Source: Ignavibacteriota bacterium
Lineage (GTDB): Bacteria; Bacteroidota; Ignavibacteria; UBA10030; CAVZMI01
Length of the DNA stretch: 64,000 bases
Direction: 5' to 3'
Assembly: GCA_963776275.1 (NCBI GenBank)
Contig: CAVZMI010000006.1
Coordinates: forward strand, 102,453-166,452
Shown here: positions 53,525-64,000 of the stretch, piece by piece
Layout: each line of letters starts with the position of its first letter
Position numbering within the stretch: position 1 is the first letter of the stretch
Notes under the pieces: generated by a model
The model's database searches: none
What the model was told of the DNA's origin: nothing
Seen by the model: the letters and a program-made list of their open reading frames with translations, nothing else
Translations under genes and position numbers: made by a program

Positions 53525-54298
53525 ATGCGTGCAATACTAAATCATGTTACGGTCATTCTTGTAATATTTCTCATAACCGCGGCTATGGGATGCAAGAAAG
53601 AATCGTCGCCAACGGAGACACCGGCAACAATCACCGGCGATCTTTTCCCAATTATTGAAGGCCATATCTATGTCTATAATGAATACGAGACCAATGCACA
53701 AGGTACTAAAATTCCTGGAACCGATTACAGGATTGCGACAAAGGTGGGATCTTCAGTAACGATTGCAGGAAAGTCCGGCAATATTTTAGTCGACAGCATT
53801 TATACAACGAACGGACAATTTTTCAAACTCGACACGCTGATCACGGCTCGAAAAGGAACTGATGGGACAATTTACTTCACACTTCCGCAAAATATGTTTC
53901 AAGATTTTCCGGTCTCGCTCTCGCTGCCTTTAATATGGCTCCCCTTTTTCCAGCCTTCGGCCGGTGTGGGCACAAGTTACGATATCTATTCGCTGGACAC
54001 AACGGTAACGTATCAGTATACGCCTGATCTATCGATTCCCGTTCGAATACAATTAACGCTCTCCGGCGTTATCAATCAAAAAGAAAATGTCAATGTTCCT
54101 GCCGGGTCTTACTCGGCCTATCGCGGTGAACTTAATTATAATCTTATTGCCACCTCAGGAATGTTTACCAGTTCACAAAATGGTAATATCCTCACCATGT
54201 GGCTTTATGAAAATGTAGGTCCGGTGAAAATTGCATGGACTCCGATGGGATCGGACACGACCGGTACGGCCCGGGAATTAGTAAGTAAGAATTTTTAA
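53525..54298 (+). CDS. Hypothetical lipoprotein
   Basis: Lipobox AMGC-KK; E.V.VPAG.Y and W..ENVGPVK pattern. Confidence 0.75.
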   Translation: MRAILNHVTVILVIFLITAAMGCKKESSPTETPATITGDLFPIIEGHIYVYNEYETNAQGTKIPGTDYRIATKVGSSVTIAGKSGNILVDSIYTTNGQFFKLDTLITARKGTDGTIYFTLPQNMFQDFPVSLSLPLIWLPFFQPSAGVGTSYDIYSLDTTVTYQYTPDLSIPVRIQLTLSGVINQKENVNVPAGSYSAYRGELNYNLIATSGMFTSSQNGNILTMWLYENVGPVKIAWTPMGSDTTGTARELVSKNF

Positions 54299-54441
54299 GA
54301 GTACACAATAATGCCGGGTTACCAAATTTACGATGAAGTTGCCGAACGACCGAACCATTATGAGACGAGGCAACCTATTAAAAAATTATAGCAGAGATAT
54401 CAGGGAGGTTCAGTACAAAGGGCGGACGATAGTGTCTGCCT

Positions 54442-54867
54442 TTATTTTTTGTAGAAGTGCATAGTCATAATCACTTCGGTTCCATTCTTATGTTTCACAA
54501 AATCCACGGTATCCATCAATGTCCGCATCAGGAATATACCACGCCCGTGTTCATTGAGCAGGTTCTTTTCATCCAGCGGGCTCGGGATATTTACCGGATT
54601 GAAACCCTTTCCTTCATCGCGTACCCGGCATTCAAGCGCATCGGCGTTCACATGACAAACAACCGAGATTTTCTTTTCCGGATTCGATTTATTTCCGTGA
54701 AAAATGCCGTTATTCACAGCTTCTGTAACTGCAACGAGAAGTTTATGAAAATGGACTTCGTCAAGGTGGGTGTACATATTAACTTTATGAAGAAACCTTT
54801 CGACCCTTCGGATATTTCTTGGACTGCTTCCCAGACTCAAGCGAAATATTTTACCATTTTTTTTCAT
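54442..54867 (-). CDS. Anti-sigma factor-like ATP-binding protein (RsbW/HATPase_c)
   Basis: EAVNNGIFHGN, VRDEGKGF, GRGIFLMR.LMD. Confidence 0.9.
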   Translation of the reverse strand: MKKNGKIFRLSLGSSPRNIRRVERFLHKVNMYTHLDEVHFHKLLVAVTEAVNNGIFHGNKSNPEKKISVVCHVNADALECRVRDEGKGFNPVNIPSPLDEKNLLNEHGRGIFLMRTLMDTVDFVKHKNGTEVIMTMHFYKK

Positions 54868-56807
54868 AATGTAAATGTGACTCGCATTGTCAGATTTGAA
54901 TACGTCAGTGTCGTAACATCGGTCTGGTACTGTATCTCATACCATCCATTCAACGACAGCATTCCAGTACGACTGAACATCCAGTCGATCATGCAGGTGG
55001 GTCCAATATTAAGAATCGAGCTTTCAAGCTCCCTGGCGTCCCCTTGCGCGTTATACCGTTTCTGACTAAACATACGTATGCCTGCGGCAAAAGTGACACC
55101 CGATGCGCTGTACCGCATCTGCGTGAAGAGCGACCGTTCTGAAAAATAATTGGCCGGCCGTTCTTTAAACTCTTTCCAGAATAATTGTCCCCTTTCGTAG
55201 AATTTCCACAACACCACACCATCGATCCATATTCGTTGCGTAACCTGTATCGCCGTCGAATCCAGCCAGCTGAATTGTCTGAATGAATAACTTTTGACCG
55301 ATTTCACTTCTTCCTCGAAGTCGTACACAGTGTAATTTGCCAGCACTTCGAAAACATTTGTCGTATGAAACCACGATGCCGGTGAATAGTAGATTCTGGG
55401 TGCCAGGCGGATAATCCGGTTCCAATTATTATTCGCGCTTCGTTGAGAAAGCAGATATACCATATGATTAAGGACCACATCCGCATTCACCCGGACACGC
55501 AAGGATGGGCTCCATACCCGTTCTTCAGCGATGCCCGCCACAATTAAAAGTTCATCGCGGTCGTCCACATTTTCGAGACTCGGCGTGTCGTATTGAAGCA
55601 GGATTGTCGAAAACGACGTTTCAATCCGGTCGGAACCCGATAGGGGAAATGATGCACTTCCTGCAAGCGAAATTTTCCGTGAACTATTATCTTTTTTCTC
55701 CTCCTCCCGGCGGCGCATATCATAAAAATTCTTCTCTACCGACTCGATATTCTCGGCGGTATGGCGCTCATCACGCTCGGCATAGGTCAAGCGCATCATC
55801 GCATTCGAATTTTGATTAGTATACAAAAATTGAAGAAGTGTTTCAAGGCGAAATTCTCCGACATCGGCATCGAAAATACTGCTTGAGGGAAAGAGAAAAT
55901 TTTTATAGAGCGTCACGCGACTGACAAGACGATTGGAAATATCGGTCCCGAACGTCAAAGCCGAGACATCGCTGAAGTGATATGTCAGTTCCTCGCTTAC
56001 AGCAAAAATATTTTCTCGTCTACTATCGATATTGGATGTAACATTATATTGAAGTTGGGTAAGCGTATCGGCATTGAAATAAAAATCACGCCGATTCTGG
56101 AGAAATTGAAAATGGAGCTTATTCCACGCCTGATCAGAAAAAACTTTCGTAATCACGAGCGAGGCGAGGTTGCTTGTTCCTTTTCGAGGAGATATATCGT
56201 CACCGGAATATTTTCCCAGGAAATTCATCCGATACCCCGAAAGGTCAAGATCGGATATGCGCCCGTTCACCTGATAACTGAAACCCTGATTATTAATTCC
56301 AAGCTGGTTGTCATATCTGACTCCCAGCATAGGTGTAATTTCGACAAGATCATAAGGATGAAGCTCAACCCCGCCGAGGAGCTGATGGGATGACACTTCG
56401 CTGATACCGAGATTTCGATTGTCGGACAGGACAATGGAAGATACAAGCAGCCGTGCACCAAATGTTGAACTAAGTTTCTGGGTGAAGAGTGCGTTAAGTG
56501 ATTGTTCATCCTTGACGAATTTCTGAGTTGCGATTATTGTCGAAGAGCGGTATAGATCGTTCACATCCAGGGAAAAATCACCATATTTTTTTTGAAGCGC
56601 CAGACGACCCGTCCAGAGATATGTATTCAGGTTCCGTTCAAATCCAAAGAGCGATTGATTGCGAATTGCCATTAGGGAATCGGCAGGCTGCTCTTCGAAA
56701 CGCGTGGGTGAAGTCTGCTGAGCCATGCCGGTCGTCACGCACAGCATTATTCCCGTAATATTCACAAACAGACGGTTCATACCCTTTATGGTGATTTCAC
56801 CATTCAA
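54864..56807 (-). CDS. Hypothetical exported protein, probable outer-membrane beta-barrel (start may be 56780)
   Basis: Signal peptide, amphipathic beta pattern, ends MRVTFTL. Confidence 0.65.
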   Translation of the reverse strand: MNGEITIKGMNRLFVNITGIMLCVTTGMAQQTSPTRFEEQPADSLMAIRNQSLFGFERNLNTYLWTGRLALQKKYGDFSLDVNDLYRSSTIIATQKFVKDEQSLNALFTQKLSSTFGARLLVSSIVLSDNRNLGISEVSSHQLLGGVELHPYDLVEITPMLGVRYDNQLGINNQGFSYQVNGRISDLDLSGYRMNFLGKYSGDDISPRKGTSNLASLVITKVFSDQAWNKLHFQFLQNRRDFYFNADTLTQLQYNVTSNIDSRRENIFAVSEELTYHFSDVSALTFGTDISNRLVSRVTLYKNFLFPSSSIFDADVGEFRLETLLQFLYTNQNSNAMMRLTYAERDERHTAENIESVEKNFYDMRRREEEKKDNSSRKISLAGSASFPLSGSDRIETSFSTILLQYDTPSLENVDDRDELLIVAGIAEERVWSPSLRVRVNADVVLNHMVYLLSQRSANNNWNRIIRLAPRIYYSPASWFHTTNVFEVLANYTVYDFEEEVKSVKSYSFRQFSWLDSTAIQVTQRIWIDGVVLWKFYERGQLFWKEFKERPANYFSERSLFTQMRYSASGVTFAAGIRMFSQKRYNAQGDARELESSILNIGPTCMIDWMFSRTGMLSLNGWYEIQYQTDVTTLTYSNLTMRVTFTL

Positions 56808-58191
56808 CCTTTTGAAAACGTTCCGGTATTACCACATTCCGGAAACCTTTTTCTTTGAATGCTTCGGCAAGCTTTTCCTGACGGGACAACTCGCCATGCA
56901 CGAGAAAAATATCCTTCAATTCTTTTGTATTCTGATTGTTATAATAGTTAAGCATCTCACCGTGATCGGCATGGGCTGAAAACGAGTTCATGACAACGAC
57001 ACGGGCTCTTAATTCATATTCCCCGCCGAGGATTCTCAGCGGCGATTGACGGTCGACAATTCTTTTCCCGAGCGTGTTCTCCGCCTGATATCCAACTATC
57101 AAGATCGTATTCTTGGGATCTCCAACGCTATTCGCAAGATGATGAAGAATGCGCCCCGCTTCGCACATACCGGACGCGGCAATAACCATAAAAGGACCTT
57201 CGCGGGTATTCAGTCTTTTCGATTCTTCAACATCCTGAATGTAGGTCAGCTGGCTCAGTCCAAAAGGATCGTCATGCTGGAGGACGTGTTTACTAATTTC
57301 TTCATCGAAACATTCAGAGTGAAGTTTAAAGACTTCTGTCGCATTTACCGAGAGCGGACTGTCAACAAAAATCGGGAATCGAGGTAGTTTTCCTTCCTCG
57401 GCAAGTGTATGGAGTGTGAAGACAATTTCCTGTGTACGACCGACACTGAATGATGGGACAATAATTTTTCCTCCGCGGGATACGGCTTCACTAACTGCTT
57501 CAAGAAGCCGTTGAGGCATATCGACGATAGAATCGTGAAAATGACCGCCGTACGTACTTTCGGTAATCAATACATCAAGCTGCGGCAGCGGTTCCGGATC
57601 TTTCAGAATTGGCAGGTGTGGGCGCCCGAGATCGCCTGAGAAGCCAAGACGGAGCCTCGTTCCATTTTCACGGATATTCAGAAGTGTCGCAGCCGATCCC
57701 AGAATATGCCCCGCATCGTAATAGGTCATCATCACTCCTCCGGCGATTTCTGTTTCACGGTGATACCCGACACCATGGAAATATTGGATTGTTTCCCGAG
57801 CCTCGGCAACCGAGTACAGAGGTTCGACCGGAGGTTTATTGTTATGATGGTTTTTTTTATTTAGAAACTCGGCATCCTTTTCCTGAATATAGGCGCTATC
57901 CAGAAGCATGATAGCGCAGAGATCACGTGTCGCAGATGTCGAATAGATCGGACCACGATATCCCTGTTTTACAAGACCGGGCAAATTACCGCTGTGATCA
58001 ATATGGGCATGGGACAGGACGACAACATCAATCGATGCCGGATCGAACGGAAAATTCCTGTTGCGTTCATTCGCCTCGTCCCGGTGACCTTGATACATAC
58101 CGCAATCGAGGAGAATACGCTTTCCGTTGACCGTGATCAGATGCATAGATCCGGTGACAGTTTGCGCGGCGCCCAGGAATTGAATAACCAT
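56797..58191 (-). CDS. MBL-fold beta-CASP metallo-hydrolase (RNA-processing family)
   Basis: GAAQTVTGS, SHAHIDHSG, AGHILG, ESTYG, SGMCEAGR, FSAHAD, LVHGE. Confidence 0.92.
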   Translation of the reverse strand: MVIQFLGAAQTVTGSMHLITVNGKRILLDCGMYQGHRDEANERNRNFPFDPASIDVVVLSHAHIDHSGNLPGLVKQGYRGPIYSTSATRDLCAIMLLDSAYIQEKDAEFLNKKNHHNNKPPVEPLYSVAEARETIQYFHGVGYHRETEIAGGVMMTYYDAGHILGSAATLLNIRENGTRLRLGFSGDLGRPHLPILKDPEPLPQLDVLITESTYGGHFHDSIVDMPQRLLEAVSEAVSRGGKIIVPSFSVGRTQEIVFTLHTLAEEGKLPRFPIFVDSPLSVNATEVFKLHSECFDEEISKHVLQHDDPFGLSQLTYIQDVEESKRLNTREGPFMVIAASGMCEAGRILHHLANSVGDPKNTILIVGYQAENTLGKRIVDRQSPLRILGGEYELRARVVVMNSFSAHADHGEMLNYYNNQNTKELKDIFLVHGELSRQEKLAEAFKEKGFRNVVIPERFQKVEW

Positions 58192-58212
58192 ATGATCGAG
58201 TAAAAATAATTC

Positions 58213-59727
58213 TTATAGCCGTTCTTTGAGCCGTTCCGCCCGAAATGTCAACCACATTTTATAATCATAATTATCGGCGTCGAGAGCAATATCAAGGTAC
58301 TGTTTTGCAAGATCGTTATCACCGCGTTTTACGGCAACAACGGCAAGGTAATACCGTGCCCACGGTTGAATCCATGTCTCGGTGATAAATTTCAATCCGA
58401 ATATTCTATTGAGGATTTTTGCGGCATCATCCAGCCGGTTCATATCGATGTACGCCCGGCCGAGTCCGTGATAGATTTCCCCTTTCTCATCATCCGATAA
58501 ATCTGTGTGTTTCAGAAGCTGTTGATAAGCATTCACGACCGTTGTATAATCACCTGTATAATATAGGTTATCGGTTTTGAAAAGGATGAGTTCAATCGAT
58601 GACATTGGCCGTAGTTGTGCTTTCTGGGCTCGTCTAATTGCAGCCCGATCTTCCTGATGTTTATTCTGGATTGCCACAGCGTTGCCGTATTCCACAAGTG
58701 CTTGCTCTCGGTTCCCCATTGCTTCTTCACATTGTCCGATACGGAAAAAAGTGACCGCACGAAAATGTGGAGTGACTGATTGTTGAAGATACTGTGAGAA
58801 CCATTTTTTCGCTTCAGGAAAATCATTTACCCGCAACGCACACTCGCCTAGTCGATATGTTGAATACATTGCCATAATATCATAATCGGTTTTAGCATAT
58901 TGGAGCACTTTTTTATATAGTTCACGCGCCTGATCAACATGCTTTTGCCGTAATTCGGCTCCCGCAAGGTTATAAATGAAAATGACATTCCCGGGGAATT
59001 GCGTGGCAAGCGAATTCAGCAGATCGACTCCATGTTGTTCTTCTTCAAGATAGGCGTAGTACATGCCGAGGTAGAATTGGGCTTCTGTTTTGGCATAGAC
59101 TCCCTTTTCGGTAACTCGTTGTATCTCTGCAATTCCCTTACGCGTATCCGATTCAACACCGATAATTGCGAACATCCATCGGAGCGGTCTAGGAAGCATC
59201 GCGGCAACATAATGAATAAAACCCAGTCCGAGATAGGCATCATGATAATTTGGTTCCACTTCAACACAATCTTCAAGATAACTATATCCCTTCCGTGCAT
59301 CCCATGCAGCCTTGATATAACTGTCAAACCGTCCGTAGACACACGCCCGATACAAATATGTCATACCGATGGTGAACAGCGCATCGATATCACCCGGTTT
59401 TTTTTCAAGACTTTCTTCGGCGACTTTAAATGCCTGATCGGCCTTTTTCATGAACTCATCGTAATCCGCCTGATTTCTGTTTGCAAGAAGTTTCCAGATC
59501 AAGGGAAGCGAACGGTACAGCACGGCCGGTGAAAACGTCGTATCGGCAGCGATTGCCTGATCGAACTTATTGTTTGCATTCGCGACATCCAGGTTATATG
59601 CGTATTGAAGCCCTTCGATAGTTAATCTCCGTGCGGCAATATTATCGTGAACATTTGCATGTACACCGGAAAAGGGTACGATAAAAAGAAAAAGAACGAC
59701 TTTATATTTCCAAAAACGCCGGTGCAC
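58213..59727 (-). CDS. Exported tetratricopeptide-repeat protein
   Basis: Signal peptide, multiple TPR-like helices (DAYLGLG, AQFYLG); AAGGAG RBS before GTG. Confidence 0.8.
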   Translation of the reverse strand: MHRRFWKYKVVLFLFIVPFSGVHANVHDNIAARRLTIEGLQYAYNLDVANANNKFDQAIAADTTFSPAVLYRSLPLIWKLLANRNQADYDEFMKKADQAFKVAEESLEKKPGDIDALFTIGMTYLYRACVYGRFDSYIKAAWDARKGYSYLEDCVEVEPNYHDAYLGLGFIHYVAAMLPRPLRWMFAIIGVESDTRKGIAEIQRVTEKGVYAKTEAQFYLGMYYAYLEEEQHGVDLLNSLATQFPGNVIFIYNLAGAELRQKHVDQARELYKKVLQYAKTDYDIMAMYSTYRLGECALRVNDFPEAKKWFSQYLQQSVTPHFRAVTFFRIGQCEEAMGNREQALVEYGNAVAIQNKHQEDRAAIRRAQKAQLRPMSSIELILFKTDNLYYTGDYTTVVNAYQQLLKHTDLSDDEKGEIYHGLGRAYIDMNRLDDAAKILNRIFGLKFITETWIQPWARYYLAVVAVKRGDNDLAKQYLDIALDADNYDYKMWLTFRAERLKERL

Positions 59728-59777
59728 GTCTGTATTCTCCTTAAATAAATTTAAGTATTGATTGTTGACAGGGCATT

Positions 59778-59930
59778 AGTGTCTCGACTGATGCTCGACA
59801 CAAGTGTATCGACTGATGCTCGACACAAGTGTATCGACTGATGCTCGACACAAGTGTATCGACTGATGCTCGACACAAGTGTATCGACTGATGCTCGACA
59901 CAAGTGTATCGACTGATGCTCGACACAAGT
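59778..59930. repeat. Tandem repeat, 6 x 25 bp (AGTGTATCGACTGATGCTCGACACA)
   Basis: Period 25, no spacers; the first copy has one mismatch. Confidence 0.97.
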
Positions 59931-59953
59931 CAAGTTATTTTTGGTACTCGACA

Positions 59954-62234
<2,281 letters not shown>

Positions 62235-62238
<4 letters not shown>

Positions 62239-62993
62239 ACCTGTCCTTTGATAATGTCTACAACCCGCAATAAATCATCTGCCGTATCAACGGCTATGCT
62301 ATCGTCCAGCGTAACGACTACTCGTATCTTATATCCATTTTCCAGCACACGCAGCTGTTCAAGGCTTTCAGCTTTTTCCAGTTCTGTCTCAGGCAATATG
62401 GAATAGTGCAGTAAAAATTCTTTACGAAAAACATAAAGACCAAAATGTTTATAGAACCTGCAATGGTCGGCCCATTGTGTCTTCTCGGGAACGTCACGTA
62501 CAAAGGGAATTACTGACCGGCTGAAATACAGTGCAAATCCATTCCGGTCCATCACGACCTTCACTACAGCCGGATCACAAAGTTCTTCCGATAATGTAAT
62601 AGGACGAACAATCGTTCCCATCGGAATCGTCTGATTATCGATCAACGGCTGGATTGCCTCATCGATCATTGAAGGTGGAATAAGCGGCTCATCCCCCTGA
62701 ATATTCACGATAAGATCTGCGTCGATAGCCTGCGCCGCAACGGCACATCGATCGCTGCCGCTTGTACAGGTTGCGGGCGTCATCATTACATCGCCGCCGA
62801 ATTGCCGCACCACTTCTTCGATTCGTTCGTCATCAGTCGCAACGATCACTCGTGAAAGAAGCCGCGATTTCTTTGCCTGCTCATAGACCCGCTGCACCAT
62901 TGGTTTGCCGCAAATATCAATAAGTGCTTTCGCAGGCAGACGCGTCGAAGCATACCGTGCCGGAATGATGCCGACAATATAGTCCGAGCTCAT
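62235..62993 (-). CDS. kdsB: 3-deoxy-manno-octulosonate cytidylyltransferase
   Basis: IPARYASTRLPAK, VNIQGDEP, ALYFSR, ESLEQLR. Confidence 0.97.
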
Positions 62994-63280
62994 GATCCTA
63001 TGACCTTTGGTACCTTGAAGAATTTATCGTTTTTTGCAGGCGCGTTTTTTAACGCTTCTTCCGGAAGAATCGAACGTTTCACAACATCCTCACGAAAAAC
63101 ATTATTCAATTCGATGACATGTGAGAGAGGCTCGACGTTCTCCGTATTCAGCTCGTTTAGCTGCTCAACATATTTTAAAATTTCGTTGAGTTCATGAGCT
63201 AGCTTCTCCTTTTCTTCCGTTGAAAACTCCAATCGCGCCAGCGACGCAACATATTCAACATCGCTTATTGTCACCGCCAT
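62990..63280 (-). CDS. gatC: Asp/Glu-tRNA amidotransferase subunit C
   Basis: VEYVASLARL, FREDVV, FKVPKVI. Confidence 0.96.
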   Translation of the reverse strand: MAVTISDVEYVASLARLEFSTEEKEKLAHELNEILKYVEQLNELNTENVEPLSHVIELNNVFREDVVKRSILPEEALKNAPAKNDKFFKVPKVIGS

Positions 63281-63330
63281 AACGTACCCCTCTGGTAAAA
63301 CTCAAGACAAATTATTAATATCGAGTATGA

Positions 63331-64000
63331 CTATTGATCTTTATACTCTGAGGCGATTGCTGTCCGGACTTGCTCAAGCAGATGTAATTCAATCTGTTTC
63401 CCGCTCTGTCCATGAATCGGGACTGGTTTATTTAGGATCAGCTCTACTGTGCCGGGATTAATTCGAAATTTCTTTTTCGGGAGAATCTTAAAGCTCCCGT
63501 TTATCGTTACCGGTATGATTGGAACATTAGCCCTGGCAGCAAGGGAGAATGCTCCCCGTTTGAAATCCTGGAGCTTTCCGTCGAGGGTACGCGTACCCTC
63601 AGCAAATAAAAGAACCGATGCACCATGGCGCATTTTCTCGGCGGCCTGTTCCAGACTTCGCATCGCACCAACCGCCTTCGAGCGATCGATCCGGATATAA
63701 TGTCCAACCGCCAGCGACCATCCGAAAATTGGTATACGTTCGAGTTCCTTTTTATAAACGATGCGGACGTTGTCCGGAATACACCCGACAACGATCGGAA
63801 TATCGAATGCGCTTGCGTGGTTAGTCACATAAATATAATGTTCACCTTTTTGTATATGCTCGGTTCCCCGTACAATCACATCGATACCGCATATATTCAG
63901 GAGCAACCGGGACCAAAATCGTCCGATATGATGATAATGCCGTCCCGTACGACTAAGCAAACCAACTGCAATCGCATACAGTGCAATAAAGCTCAATGCG
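63331..64000 (-). CDS. plsC: 1-acyl-sn-glycerol-3-phosphate acyltransferase (5' end outside the window)
   Basis: NHASAFD, FAEGTR, FKRGAF. Confidence 0.9.
   Translation of the reverse strand, partial: ALSFIALYAIAVGLLSRTGRHYHHIGRFWSRLLLNICGIDVIVRGTEHIQKGEHYIYVTNHASAFDIPIVVGCIPDNVRIVYKKELERIPIFGWSLAVGHYIRIDRSKAVGAMRSLEQAAEKMRHGASVLLFAEGTRTLDGKLQDFKRGAFSLAARANVPIIPVTINGSFKILPKKKFRINPGTVELILNKPVPIHGQSGKQIELHLLEQVRTAIASEYKDQ

Noticed and set aside
59778-59930. CRISPR array
   Set aside because: Units are head-to-tail with no unique spacers and there are no cas genes; it is a tandem repeat. The ORFs called over it are artefacts.

Overview
Bacterial chromosomal window, most likely Ignavibacteria-like Bacteroidota (T9SS-type C-terminal domains NYPNPFNP, rplU-rpmA-mdh order, sigma70-like TTGACA-17-TAnnnT promoters). 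It is mostly housekeeping: PBP1A, lpxH, nusB, purN/purH, mreBCD-mrdA-rodA, LonC-like protease, queE, dsbD, ybaK, rplU/rpmA, suhB, rmuC, pyrG, kdsB, gatC, plsC. Accessory blocks are a beta-barrel + CHASE2 cyclase pair, a qNor-DUF6448-hemerythrin-NosL cluster, and an AT-rich block of T9SS-type cargo (C25 gingipain-like, YCF48, truncated FG-GAP). The most notable structure is two separate minus-strand integron-like cassette arrays (about 43.0-44.5 kb and 47.0-52.1 kb) with no integrase in the window. Each array is headed by a copy of the same ~60 bp attI-like module (three copies in total, one inside an array). Array 1 sits between 79-bp direct repeats that duplicate the ybaK 5' end. The attC sites of array 2 appear systematically inactivated and colonised by nested REP-like palindromes. 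Five or six of seven apparent frameshifts fall at GGWCC motifs, which points to methylation-linked long-read errors rather than real pseudogenes. Also present: an in-frame internally deleted mdh remnant and a 6x25-bp tandem repeat. All calls come from reading the sequence by eye; no database searches were run.
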